Source: PVC group bacterium (lineage in GTDB: Bacteria > Verrucomicrobiota > Kiritimatiellia > UBA8416). From it: a stretch of DNA of 64,000 bases. Location: the NCBI GenBank assembly GCA_003567005.1, contig PXBF01000068.1:12392-76391 (forward strand). The letters are read 5' to 3'. Below the pieces are notes generated by a model. The model had not been told where the DNA came from and searched no databases. It was given only the letters and a program-made list of their open reading frames with translations. A program made the position numbers and the translations under genes. Below, in pieces: positions 30,807 through 40,942 of the stretch; position 1 is the stretch's first letter; every line of letters begins with the position of its first letter.

Positions 30807-31718
30807 ATGAAATCATCTTATTGTATAGGCACAGTCTGGGGCATACCGCTAAAAATCCATATTTCCCTTTTCTTTCTACTCGCCTTCATTTCTCTGGAGG
30901 CATTTCGAATCGGTTTGCAAGTATTCGGGATCTGGGTTGCCATCCTCGGCGTTATGGCTGCTGTGCTCTTGCAGGCATGTTTATTTGCCAGCATCGGTTT
31001 GCACGAGCTTGGCCATTGTTATATTGCCATGCGCAAAGGCTGTAAAGTCCGTGAAATCACGCTTCTGATCATGGGCGGTGCTGCCATGATGGAAAGCATC
31101 CCGCGAAAGCCGAAAGATGAATTTCAAATGGCAATCGCAGGGCCTGCCGTAAGCGCCTCTCTGGCTATGGTCTTCGGTACAATTGCCTACCTGTTTCCAA
31201 TCGATGAAGAAAATATATGGGCTTGGTTCGGATTCTTTTTCTCCGTGTTGGCTTGGGGGAATGGAGCACTTGCGATCTTTAACCTTTTGCCTGCTTTTCC
31301 GATGGATGGAGGACGCGTGACGAGAGCAATATTAACAAACCGGCTTGGTCGTCTACGGGCCACCCGCATAGCAATGCTACTTGGACGCTGTTTTGCTATC
31401 CTATTTGGAGGAATCGGTTTTCTGGGCATGATCTCTATGATCGAAAGAATACAGCCGTTTCATGGGTTCATCTTACTCATCATTTCTGGTTTTGTGTACA
31501 TAATGGGAAATCGCGAATATCAGCAGGTACGCATAGAAACACTGCTGGAATATCGTGGTTTCCATTCGCGGAGAGATACGACGTCTTCACACGATTTTCA
31601 CGAGATACCTCCGGATGACGAAACCGCAATCATTAGTCCCCCCCCCTATAAGCGCGGGCCATCAGATCAAGCCCACATTGAAAAGCAACCGCATGAGAAA
31701 TTCTCCTTTTTCGAATAA
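30807..31718 (+). CDS. Site-2 protease (M50)
   Basis: HELGH, AIAGP, FNLLPAFPMDGGR. Confidence 0.93.
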   Translation: MKSSYCIGTVWGIPLKIHISLFFLLAFISLEAFRIGLQVFGIWVAILGVMAAVLLQACLFASIGLHELGHCYIAMRKGCKVREITLLIMGGAAMMESIPRKPKDEFQMAIAGPAVSASLAMVFGTIAYLFPIDEENIWAWFGFFFSVLAWGNGALAIFNLLPAFPMDGGRVTRAILTNRLGRLRATRIAMLLGRCFAILFGGIGFLGMISMIERIQPFHGFILLIISGFVYIMGNREYQQVRIETLLEYRGFHSRRDTTSSHDFHEIPPDDETAIISPPPYKRGPSDQAHIEKQPHEKFSFFE

Positions 31719-31750
31719 AGATACCATGACCATATCGTGGAGAGGAAAGC

Positions 31751-33127
31751 ATGATGTTACAGCGTCACTATAAACCTGCAATAGAATGGATCAACCAATA
31801 CCAACGCGACCTCCAGCAATCCCATACGAATCAGGCGCAGATTACAATCGGACTTTGCCGCGATCATAAACCGGTAGCGCGTACGACAGTACCGATCTTT
31901 CCCGCAGATCAACAACTGCATCGCACCTGCAAATACGTGGAAAGACACTTGAAATCGTTACTATGGATGCATGGAGGAAACCGTATTTTGCTCGATGCGC
32001 CTGCTCCCCTCCAGCAATGGTTGCAAAACTATTATACAAAATCCCCAACGGGCATGTTTGATTCTACCGTAATGGGAGAAAAAATTTGTGGAAGCCCCAT
32101 AACGATAGAACCTATGGCAGGGCAATCCATTCCTTCCCCGGATGCAGGTGCCCAATCCGTGGGAAGAAATCTTGATGGCTGTCGTATCGGATTCGACCTT
32201 GGAGGCAGTGACCGCAAATGTGCTGCCCTTATAGATGGTGAGGTGGTTTTTTCCGAAGAAATCCCTTGGGATCCATACTTTCAGAAAGATCCGCAATATC
32301 ATTTTGAAGGAATTATGGACGCACTCAAGCGTGCAGCAAAACACCTGCCTCGGGTGGATGCGATCGGAGGGAGTGCCGCAGGTGTATATGTCGACAATGA
32401 AGTACGCGTAGCCTCGCTCTTTCGCGGCGTGGAACCAGCGGAATTCGAAAAATCAGTGCGAAATATCTTTCAACGCGTGCAAGCCGCCTGGGACAATGTC
32501 CCCTTTGTCGTGATCAACGATGGAGAAGTAACCGCTTTGGCTGGGGCCATGTCGCTACAAGCCTCTGCGCTATTGGGCATATCTATGGGAACCAGTACTG
32601 CTGCTGGCTACGTCACGCCGGAAGGACACCTCACAGACTGGCTCAATGAATTGGCATTTGTCCCCGTCGATTATAGCGATCAGGCTCCCATAGACGAATG
32701 GTCCGGAGATATCGGATGTGCCGTGCAATATTTCTCCCAGCAAGGCGTTGCGCGCCTCGCGCGCGAAGCAGGTATGCCCTTTCCTGCTGAGATGCCACTT
32801 CCCGAACAATTGATCGAGGTCCAAAACCGTATGGCAACTGGAGACTCCGTTGCAGAATCCATCTACACAGCCATCGGTGAGGCCTTCGGACACACCCTCG
32901 CGCATTGGTCTCATTTCTACGAATTAGAACACATATTGATACTGGGACGCGTAACCAGTGGTCCAGGTGGCGAACAAATCCTATCCCAAGCCCGGCAGTG
33001 CCTCAATACCCACTACCCGGATATCTCGCGGGAAATCCAACTGCACATTCCCGATGAGAAAATGAAGCGTCACGGACAAGCCATCGCCGCCGCAAGCCTC
33101 CCCTCCCTCGCCAGCAGCCGTTACTGA
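31751..33127 (+). CDS. ROK family protein with N-terminal extension
   Basis: GFDLGGSDRK, NDGEVTALAG, GTSTAAG, LNELAF; no obvious HTH. Confidence 0.85.
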   Translation: MMLQRHYKPAIEWINQYQRDLQQSHTNQAQITIGLCRDHKPVARTTVPIFPADQQLHRTCKYVERHLKSLLWMHGGNRILLDAPAPLQQWLQNYYTKSPTGMFDSTVMGEKICGSPITIEPMAGQSIPSPDAGAQSVGRNLDGCRIGFDLGGSDRKCAALIDGEVVFSEEIPWDPYFQKDPQYHFEGIMDALKRAAKHLPRVDAIGGSAAGVYVDNEVRVASLFRGVEPAEFEKSVRNIFQRVQAAWDNVPFVVINDGEVTALAGAMSLQASALLGISMGTSTAAGYVTPEGHLTDWLNELAFVPVDYSDQAPIDEWSGDIGCAVQYFSQQGVARLAREAGMPFPAEMPLPEQLIEVQNRMATGDSVAESIYTAIGEAFGHTLAHWSHFYELEHILILGRVTSGPGGEQILSQARQCLNTHYPDISREIQLHIPDEKMKRHGQAIAAASLPSLASSRY

Positions 33128-33184
33128 CGCAAGGCGTTTGTCGACACATAAGGGCCACGTCCGCGCATCGCGTCGCTCAACGCA

Positions 33185-33221
33185 TGGGGCCAGCATCGAA
33201 AATACTGGCCCCACTTGTATT
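33185..33221. terminator. Hairpin between convergent ROK and TonB-receptor genes
   Basis: TGGGGCCAG...CTGGCCCCA followed by CTTGTATT. Confidence 0.55.
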
Positions 33222-33272
33222 TCTCCCTTTATCGAACAGGATTTCCTCCGATGAAGATATCAGCACATTCTC

Positions 33273-35345
33273 TTAGAAACGAACCGTAGCGCCCAGTTCA
33301 AAACTGCGCTCCGGTCCAACATAGATCCCTTGACGCAATCCTGAAATATACTGTTCATCGGTGATATTCTTGATGGCACCAAATACATCAATTGATTCAC
33401 TGACGGCAAACTGACTTGTGAAATCAAACGTATGATAACTTGGAACCAACCCACCCCAAGTGCCTTGCTCCTCCGAGGTGAAATCTCGTACATTCATGCC
33501 ATCCCCATACGTCTCGCCAACATAGTTTAAAAGGATACTCGTTTGCAAACGCCCATAGGTATAGCCAACAGTAAGGTTCCCTGCCAGTTCTGGTGAGTAT
33601 GGCAAACGGTTTCCCTTCTCTGCCTCTCCTTCCCGATCTTCGCCAAATTCCGCAGTGGGGATCCAGGTTAGGTTTCCGTTAAGGCTGAATCCGCTTTCGA
33701 ACGCATATCCAACTGTGCCTTCTAGCCCTTGAATCAGTGCGCTGCCTTCATTCGGGTTCCGAATACCCGAAACCCCCGGATCGACCTGATTGGAAAAGTC
33801 CATTTGAAAAGCGGTCACCTCGTAATGCAAACGTTCATCGCCGCCTCTTACCCCAAACTCCACATTAATAGACGTTTCAGCGTCCGTTGGGGGTTGCTCA
33901 GCCCCTACTACGCTACCGACCAACGGCGGAGCAAAAGCACGATACACGCTACCAAATATTTGGGAAGCGGGGATGACTTGATAAGTCGCTCCAATGCCAG
34001 GCATGAATTCCGTGTTCCTGAAACGATCGTGGTCATCACCCACCTGGCGGTTTTCGCGCTTCTGCTCATAAGACTCCATACGAAGCCCGGTAGTTACCGC
34101 AAACCGTTCCGTAATGCCGGATCGATTCTGGACAAAAAGCGCGAGGCTCTCAGCCGAGTCTAATCGGTCACGCAGCAAGGGTTGATTTGGGGTGCGTGGC
34201 GAAGACCGATCAGCGCGAATCGTCTGGTCCAACATTTCCTCACGCATGAGACGAACCCCCCATTCGGATTCGTTATCCCAATCAAAAGCCGCATGTTGCA
34301 CCGTTAAACGCGAATCGATACCAAACCTTTCAAATGAACGATTGTTACCCTGCACTTCATCGCTATAATTCCATACGCGAAACCCATTAGCATTAACGCT
34401 CGTGGGTTGATCCGAGACAAGACGATATCGCCAATAATCACGGTTCATGTCGCTCCAGTACCCCACTGTCAACAAGGATACTTCAGGGGTAATCTGCCAG
34501 TCATGGCTCATATCAAATGCCTTGCGCTCGGTCAGGAACCAATCATCGGGTGCAGGGTTAAACTGTTCGCCTGCACGGTATGCATCGGGAAATAACCCAC
34601 GATACGAAATATTGGCGTCGGTCTCATAATACAAAAACTTCAGTGTCAGAAAATGGTTATCACCAATCGCACTCGTTGTCTTGAGCATGAGATCTGTCAT
34701 CTCATACTCTCGATCCATAAAGCCATCGCTCCGCGCATGGGTCGCAATAACCCCATAACGCGAGCCCAGTGATTCTGCGCCACCCCCGATTTCTATGGTT
34801 GCTTCTCGCGTGTTCCAGGAACCATAGCGTCCTCGAATCATCACACCATCATCCGGCGTTTTGGTCTGATAGTTAATGACCCCACCAACCGTGTTGGGTC
34901 CGTAGCGCAAAGATGCTGCACCCTTTAATACCTCAACTCCGGCCATCCGTTGCACACGCGGATTGTAATAACGTGAATTACCGACAAAAATGCCCGGCTG
35001 CACAGGAACACCATCTTCCAGTACCAGCGTCTTGTAATCGCCAGCAGGAAGTCCGCGGACCCCCACATTCACCACCACCGCGTTCTCGTCCTCCCCTTTG
35101 ATATAGATGCCCGGAATCCGGCGTAACACATCTTCTGTTGAACGCGGTTGCAGCTGATTGATCTCCACCTCCCCCACAACCGAGATCGATCCCGGCTGCA
35201 GGCCAGCATCATCCTGGCGCCCAAGTACCGTAACTGGGGCAAGCACTTGTATCCTTCCACTATCTGCTCGAACTGATTCCCCAATAAAAAACACGCCCAC
35301 CAGTAAAGCACCCACCTTAACGATTGACCAAAATCTCATCATCAT
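33273..35345 (-). CDS. TonB-dependent receptor, FecA-like
   Basis: Signal peptide; LRRIPGI, VLEDGVP, VEVLKGAASLRYGPNTVGGVIN; NITDEQY; terminal Phe. Confidence 0.93.
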   Translation of the reverse strand: MMMRFWSIVKVGALLVGVFFIGESVRADSGRIQVLAPVTVLGRQDDAGLQPGSISVVGEVEINQLQPRSTEDVLRRIPGIYIKGEDENAVVVNVGVRGLPAGDYKTLVLEDGVPVQPGIFVGNSRYYNPRVQRMAGVEVLKGAASLRYGPNTVGGVINYQTKTPDDGVMIRGRYGSWNTREATIEIGGGAESLGSRYGVIATHARSDGFMDREYEMTDLMLKTTSAIGDNHFLTLKFLYYETDANISYRGLFPDAYRAGEQFNPAPDDWFLTERKAFDMSHDWQITPEVSLLTVGYWSDMNRDYWRYRLVSDQPTSVNANGFRVWNYSDEVQGNNRSFERFGIDSRLTVQHAAFDWDNESEWGVRLMREEMLDQTIRADRSSPRTPNQPLLRDRLDSAESLALFVQNRSGITERFAVTTGLRMESYEQKRENRQVGDDHDRFRNTEFMPGIGATYQVIPASQIFGSVYRAFAPPLVGSVVGAEQPPTDAETSINVEFGVRGGDERLHYEVTAFQMDFSNQVDPGVSGIRNPNEGSALIQGLEGTVGYAFESGFSLNGNLTWIPTAEFGEDREGEAEKGNRLPYSPELAGNLTVGYTYGRLQTSILLNYVGETYGDGMNVRDFTSEEQGTWGGLVPSYHTFDFTSQFAVSESIDVFGAIKNITDEQYISGLRQGIYVGPERSFELGATVRF

Positions 35346-35440
35346 TACCCCCATATTTTGCACACACGCAATACAACAAGCTAAACTTCATGAAAGAAAA
35401 CATAGCAACAACGCCGCATAGTTTTATAACTTAAACTAGA

Positions 35441-35454
35441 TTAGTCAAGACTAA
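35441..35454. promoter_or_regulatory. Palindromic operator TTAGTC-AA-GACTAA upstream of the TonB receptor
   Basis: Perfect 6-2-6 inverted repeat about 95 bp upstream of start; contains TTGACT on the minus strand. Confidence 0.55.
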
Positions 35455-35532
35455 CAATATAAACGAATAAATGAAACATGAAGGATTTCCACAATGAGTC
35501 GCTTGCTGGCACGCGATTCGTTTCTAGCGGAT

Positions 35533-36747
35533 TTACACTTCTTCAGCAAGTGCCGCTTCCGCCAGAACCATGTCGTGGCGGCGTAGCCACGTATAGACAG
35601 CGCTAAACGCTAATAGCAAGACATTCAACCAGATTGCACCTGCATATCCGCCTGTCCAATCATATATCCACCCACCAAATGCAGGCCCTAGTAATGCAGA
35701 AATGCCATACAAAAGAAATAAGATTGGATACACGCAATTTACCCCCTCCAGCCCATAAACGCGGGAAACCTCAGCGGCATATACAACAAAGCAACCGCCA
35801 AAGGAAAACCCGACAAGCGCGGTAAAGATCAAATAAGCGACGGCATTTCCCCGCAACAAAAACATGGCAGGGATCATTAAGGCTGTCAGCAACAAGTTGG
35901 CCGGAATAGCGCGATAGCCAATTTGATCAAAGACCCACCCCCAGGTCAGTCTACCGGTAGCGTTACCAAAAGCAAAAAAACTGATTGAGAGAATAGCGGT
36001 AGATTCGAGAACGCCATGTGCTAAGCCTAGCGGTTTCAGGTTTCCCACCACCAACAAACCGGCGAACGTACCGGAAAAGATTCCCATTCCCAACAACCAG
36101 AACCGCCTATCGCGTAACAGCTTTGCAAGTGTGGGTTGCGGAACCGGAACGCTACGGCCCTCCGGTGGCCGAAACAGGCACAATGCACACAAACACACAA
36201 TGCCACCATAGCCAAAAGATATCATAGTAAATATCTCCAATAGCCCTGTACCTCTTTCGAGCAATATAACTGCCAGCTGGGAAAGCAAAATGGCCCCCCC
36301 ACCGAATCCCGTCACAGCGACACCCGTCACAAGTCCACGATGTGCCGGAAACCATAACATGCCCGACTTAAGCGCCGCAACGTAACCAAACCCAATAGCG
36401 GCCCCGCTCATAATGCCAATTCCAGCAAAAAGCCCCCAAAAGTGACCTTGGCTCAATACAGCAACCCCATATCCACTGCCGTACAAGACCCCGGCAATCA
36501 GTCCATTGACGCGTGCTCCAATGCGCAACTGCAACCGTCCTGCCGCAATCATGGCTACCGTAAAGCTGGCTATGGTTAACCCAAATACGATTTGTGTCTG
36601 CATGCGCGTGAGTCCAAAATCACGCTGTAAAATCGGCACAAACACACTCCAGCCGTAAAGTCCCCCCATACAAGTCTGCATCAAGAATACAGCCAACAGC
36701 ATAATCCAACGCTTTACGCCTGTCGTTACGGGAGGGCATCTCTTCAT
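35533..36747 (-). CDS. MFS transporter, OFA-like
   Basis: GGLYGWSVF, GFGY, WFPAHRGLVTGVAVTGFGGG, GRLTWG; 12-TM pattern. Confidence 0.9.
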   Translation of the reverse strand: MKRCPPVTTGVKRWIMLLAVFLMQTCMGGLYGWSVFVPILQRDFGLTRMQTQIVFGLTIASFTVAMIAAGRLQLRIGARVNGLIAGVLYGSGYGVAVLSQGHFWGLFAGIGIMSGAAIGFGYVAALKSGMLWFPAHRGLVTGVAVTGFGGGAILLSQLAVILLERGTGLLEIFTMISFGYGGIVCLCALCLFRPPEGRSVPVPQPTLAKLLRDRRFWLLGMGIFSGTFAGLLVVGNLKPLGLAHGVLESTAILSISFFAFGNATGRLTWGWVFDQIGYRAIPANLLLTALMIPAMFLLRGNAVAYLIFTALVGFSFGGCFVVYAAEVSRVYGLEGVNCVYPILFLLYGISALLGPAFGGWIYDWTGGYAGAIWLNVLLLAFSAVYTWLRRHDMVLAEAALAEEV

Positions 36748-36768
36748 CGCATAGCTCCTGCCAAAATG

Positions 36769-37941
36769 TTACGTATGCACACGACAAAATGCTTCCATGC
36801 GGTCCAAACCCTTCTCGATAGTTGCCATATCCGTGGCATAACTGATTCGAATGTTCGCGTCGGCACCAAATGCAACGCCTGGTACGACCGCAACTTTCTG
36901 CTCTTCCAACAACAATTCACAGAATTGCACAGAGTCGAGCCCCGTCCCGGAAATATTCGGAAATAAGTAAAAGGCACCTTCCGGTTTACAACACATCACA
37001 CCCGGCATAGCCTGCAGACGTTCTAATGCATAGTCACGTCTCTTTTGAAAGGCAGCACACCATTCCTGCATATGATCCTGTGGACCATCCAATGCAGCGA
37101 CGCCTCCTTTTTGCGCGAAACTACAAGGATTGCTCGTGCTGTGACTCTGTAATGTCGTCATGGCCTTGGCAATAGGCAAAGGCGCAGCACAGAACCCCAG
37201 ACGCCAACCCGTCATACTCCATGCTTTTGCAAACCCATTCGCAATAATCGTGATGGCTTGATACTCACTGCCGAACGATGCCGGACTCCGGTGCCGAGCT
37301 CGCCCGTAAATTAAATGCTCATAGATTTCATCACTCAATATGTAGACACCATGTTCCAAGCAAATATCGGCAAGATCCTGCAACTCTTTGGGGCTGTAAA
37401 CCGCTCCCGTCGGATTGCTCGGAGAGTTGAGAATCACAATCTTGGTCGCAGCAGTAATAGCTTGACGAAGTTGTCTCGGCGTCATCTTGAAACCGGTAGA
37501 TTCATCCATAGGTACAATGATGGGCTTCGCATTCGCCAATTTTACCATTTCAGTATAGCTCACCCAGTACGGCGCGGGGATAATGACCTCATCACCTTGC
37601 TGGCAGAGCACTTGCATTGCATTGAAGCAGGTATGTTTTCCACCGCAGGATACCACAATTTGCTCGGGAGCATACGAAACCCCATTGTCCCGCTCGAACT
37701 TGCCTGTGATAGCTCTTCGAAGCTCTGGAATACCTGCTACCGGTGTATACTTCGTAAAGCCTTGGGCCAAAGCCTGAGATGCTGCCTGCTTGATGTGCGC
37801 AGGTGTATCAAAATCCGGCTCACCGGCGCCAAAGCCCACAACATCAATCCCACTCTGGCGCATTTCCTTGGCCTTGGCGTCAATGGCCAAGGTCATCGAA
37901 GGATTCATCCGCCCCACTCGATCCGCAAGTTTGTATTCCAT
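36769..37941 (-). CDS. Class I/II PLP aminotransferase (aspartate aminotransferase-like)
   Basis: GAGEPDFDTP, PAPYWVSY, NSPSNPTG, SDEIYE, FAKAWSMTGWRLG, IRISYA. Confidence 0.95.
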   Translation of the reverse strand: MEYKLADRVGRMNPSMTLAIDAKAKEMRQSGIDVVGFGAGEPDFDTPAHIKQAASQALAQGFTKYTPVAGIPELRRAITGKFERDNGVSYAPEQIVVSCGGKHTCFNAMQVLCQQGDEVIIPAPYWVSYTEMVKLANAKPIIVPMDESTGFKMTPRQLRQAITAATKIVILNSPSNPTGAVYSPKELQDLADICLEHGVYILSDEIYEHLIYGRARHRSPASFGSEYQAITIIANGFAKAWSMTGWRLGFCAAPLPIAKAMTTLQSHSTSNPCSFAQKGGVAALDGPQDHMQEWCAAFQKRRDYALERLQAMPGVMCCKPEGAFYLFPNISGTGLDSVQFCELLLEEQKVAVVPGVAFGADANIRISYATDMATIEKGLDRMEAFCRVHT

Positions 37942-38133
37942 TTCTTATCGACCCTGTCAATTTTCACATAGGATATGTTTGATCTTTACCCAATGCTCCA
38001 CATGGATACCACGCACTACCATCAGGAAAAATTTGCCCCAGCGGCATTACACTTCTCAGACTAGCTTGTCAAGACGTCTTCTATATTATGAGCTTGAATG
38101 TTGTAACCGCGAATCGCTACTCTACCCCCTATT

Positions 38134-38778
38134 ATGAAGATCAAATCAATACCAGTAGGTGCCTTTGAAGTAAATTGTTGGATCTTGGTGAATCAGCGCC
38201 GGGAAGCCATTATTGTTGACCCAGGTGCGGATGCTCCCCTCATAGAAGCTTGGTTGCAAAAAATGCGTCTGCATGTGCAAGGCTATTTGCTCACGCATGG
38301 ACACATGGACCATGTATCGGCGCTAGCCACATTAGTTGCAAAACACCCGGCCCCAATCCGCATACATCCAGCCGACGCAAATTGGGCCTTCTCATCATCC
38401 AATCAGATGCCCCCCTACTACCCCGCCCCTACCCCACCACCCGAAGAACTGCTGCAAGCTGACCTCGTTGAGTCGACCGGAAACGAGATGGCTGGCTCGC
38501 TTTTCAATGTGCTGGAAACCCCCGGCCATTCGCCCGGTTCTGTCTGCCTCCACTTTATCAATGAAAACACCCTGTTTACCGGCGACACAATACTCGCTGG
38601 TTCTGCAGGACGCACCGACTTTCCTGGCGGAAGTGCCAGCGATATGAAGCAATCACTGAAACGCCTATTGTCCCTACCCCCGAAAACAGTCATTTGCAGT
38701 GGTCACGGTCCAGCATCAACACTGGAAGATGAAATACAGACAAATCCTTTTCTACAAGAGTTCCAAACAGCGAAATAA
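38134..38778 (+). CDS. MBL-fold metallo-hydrolase (glyoxalase II-like)
   Basis: VDPG, THGHMDH, PGHSPG, FTGDT, GRTDFPGG, SGHG. Confidence 0.93.
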   Translation: MKIKSIPVGAFEVNCWILVNQRREAIIVDPGADAPLIEAWLQKMRLHVQGYLLTHGHMDHVSALATLVAKHPAPIRIHPADANWAFSSSNQMPPYYPAPTPPPEELLQADLVESTGNEMAGSLFNVLETPGHSPGSVCLHFINENTLFTGDTILAGSAGRTDFPGGSASDMKQSLKRLLSLPPKTVICSGHGPASTLEDEIQTNPFLQEFQTAK

Positions 38779-38784
38779 TATACC

Positions 38785-39222
38785 ATGCTTACCGTTCATG
38801 CCGCAGGGATAGATACCGATAAGGTTGCACAGCAAATCAAAGCGCAGGCAGCCAAACGACATACGTCTGCCAAACTTACGATGGAACGCTTATCGAATAG
38901 CAAAATACAGTCTCCGGATGGATTTGCCAACAATACAGCTTTCATCGAGGCGTTGCTCGCTACCCTCCACGATACTGCATTTGTTGATATTAGCGACTTT
39001 GAGATCGTGGAACGACGGCAACGCTGGAGCTTGCCCCTTATTGCGCTAAAAAAATGCATCTGGAGTATGCTCCGTTTCTACACCTATCGCCTCTGGTCCC
39101 AACAAAATGAAATTAATGGATTTCTGTTGGCGGCCTTGCAAGGCATCCATGAAGACAGCAGCGAACGGATCAATGCGCTGGAAGAGAGAATCACAGAATT
39201 GGAATCGAAGCGCGACCAATGA
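38785..39222 (+). CDS. Hypothetical protein with C-terminal coiled coil
   Basis: 145 aa, 6 bp after previous stop; LKKCIWSMLRFY..QQNEIN and LEERITELE. Confidence 0.7.
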   Translation: MLTVHAAGIDTDKVAQQIKAQAAKRHTSAKLTMERLSNSKIQSPDGFANNTAFIEALLATLHDTAFVDISDFEIVERRQRWSLPLIALKKCIWSMLRFYTYRLWSQQNEINGFLLAALQGIHEDSSERINALEERITELESKRDQ

Positions 39223-39314
39223 CGAATGTGTATGGAGCGCTGACATGTGTAGACCCTAAGCTATTGATGTACGAAACGTTGCGAACCCTACCCAAATGCA
39301 ATAAGATCATACAC

Positions 39315-40121
39315 ATGAAGGCAAAACAGAAAACGAAATGGCGACTCGATCGCGCACGCTTGGTCTTTGCAAGCATCTTGATCATCCTATCACTATGTGC
39401 GAATCTCGGCATTGCACGCGAAACGGGTGATCACAACCTCCCGCCCCTCTCTTACCGAACATGGACTAGCGAAGCTGGACAAACACTCGAAGCCGCTTTC
39501 ATCCATCTGCATCAGAACCAAGTTGTTCTCAAAGATCGCGAAGAGCAGCGTATCGCGATTCCAATTAATCGTTTGAGCTGGCGCGATCAAATCATGGCCC
39601 GTAGATTATCCGGATTACGCGGCACGGAGCCATTGTCCAGCGGAAGACGTGCAGTAACCCAAAGGCGACGCGCAGCCGATGCAAAAGTCATCGCTGCCTT
39701 CGGATCCGATTGCGAACCACTCCTGATCGATGCGATACAAGATGCGCGGCGCGAAATCCTGGTCGCCATTTACACGATGACGAGTCTGCCCATAGCCGAA
39801 GCCCTGCGCGAGGCCGCACAACGCGGTGTCGATATTCACATAAAATATGACAAAGGCCAAATCGAGGTGGGACGCATGTCTGAAATCATCGAAAGCCTTG
39901 AACCGGAACGCAACATCACCATAACCCCTATAGAAATGAGCGGACGTTTTGCATCGATGCATCACAAATTCGCGGTCATGGATCAGGCGGTCGTATTCAC
40001 AGGGTCATTCAACTTTACCGTGACAGCGGCAACGCAAAGCTATGAAAATGCCGTCGTTATCTATTCCGACAGCATTGCACAACGCTATACGCAGGAATTC
40101 GAATCCATTGAAAGTCGCTAA
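39315..40121 (+). CDS. Exported SHD1 + single-HKD PLD/Nuc-like protein
   Basis: Basic + hydrophobic signal; RTWTSEAGQTLEA..IPINRLSWRDQ (SHD1-like); HHKFAVMD..TGSFN..YEN. Confidence 0.82.
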   Translation: MKAKQKTKWRLDRARLVFASILIILSLCANLGIARETGDHNLPPLSYRTWTSEAGQTLEAAFIHLHQNQVVLKDREEQRIAIPINRLSWRDQIMARRLSGLRGTEPLSSGRRAVTQRRRAADAKVIAAFGSDCEPLLIDAIQDARREILVAIYTMTSLPIAEALREAAQRGVDIHIKYDKGQIEVGRMSEIIESLEPERNITITPIEMSGRFASMHHKFAVMDQAVVFTGSFNFTVTAATQSYENAVVIYSDSIAQRYTQEFESIESR

Positions 40122-40942
40122 AGCATACGCATACTGCCTTTATGAAAGGCCGTATCCACCGTAATAACCATTGCGCCTTGACGAGTCTGCATATCACCCG
40201 TTATCAACTCAAGACCTTCCAGCAGAGCAGCTTCCCGTTCTGCAGGTATCAGCGACAATATGGTTTGGCTGTGCTGTTTACGCTGCTGCATAAAGCCAAT
40301 ATATTCGGCAAAAACGGGTACATTCGAAATATAATGCCCCATACCAAGCCCTTCGAGCACCGTAGCCCCTTCGATCCCCTGCTCCAGAAAGTATTGCAGC
40401 ACATCATAAAGCAAATCTTCATCGTATAAAATAACGAGTAGAACGCGCATACGTTGCACTTGCGCAGATGCCGCAGCGGTTGGATCGCATTGTTGCACCA
40501 TCGCTTCATGTAATGCTTCGGGGGTTTTGGCCGAAAGCAAGGTTCTCCTGCGGCGCGCCGACCCCGTAATGCGCGAAATGCCGGCAAGTGCCTTCAAGTG
40601 GCCGCTGGGCTCTTCTGCAGGGCCAAGTACAACAAATAACAGACGGCATTTACGGCGGTCTAATGATTCAAAATCTACCCCTTTGGGGGCAACGGCCACA
40701 CCCACAACAAACTGTTTCAAGCCGGGCACCCGGGCATGCGGCAACGCCACGCTACGACCCAGCCCCGTGCTGCCTTTGGCTTCACGTGCAGCCAGCAACT
40801 GATACACACGCTCAGCCCCAATTTCGGCAACAGCGGGATGCTTGGCCATGAGTTCGGCGAGCTTGCGTAACACCGCGTCTTTGTTTCTGGCATGAAAATC
40901 AACACGGCAGCAGTTTGCATGTAACGCATCGAGTAAAATCAT
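40118..40942 (-). CDS. PTS EIIA (Fru/Ntr-type) fused to a PII-like C-terminal domain
   Basis: REAKGSTGLGRSVALPHAR (phospho-His), GVDFESLD; tail GIEGATVLEGLGMG. Confidence 0.85.
   Translation of the reverse strand: MILLDALHANCCRVDFHARNKDAVLRKLAELMAKHPAVAEIGAERVYQLLAAREAKGSTGLGRSVALPHARVPGLKQFVVGVAVAPKGVDFESLDRRKCRLLFVVLGPAEEPSGHLKALAGISRITGSARRRRTLLSAKTPEALHEAMVQQCDPTAAASAQVQRMRVLLVILYDEDLLYDVLQYFLEQGIEGATVLEGLGMGHYISNVPVFAEYIGFMQQRKQHSQTILSLIPAEREAALLEGLELITGDMQTRQGAMVITVDTAFHKGSMRML

Noticed and set aside
37315..37971. 218-aa antisense ORF, and similar ones such as 5339-5953
   Set aside because: Shadow frames opposite well-supported genes, no motifs.
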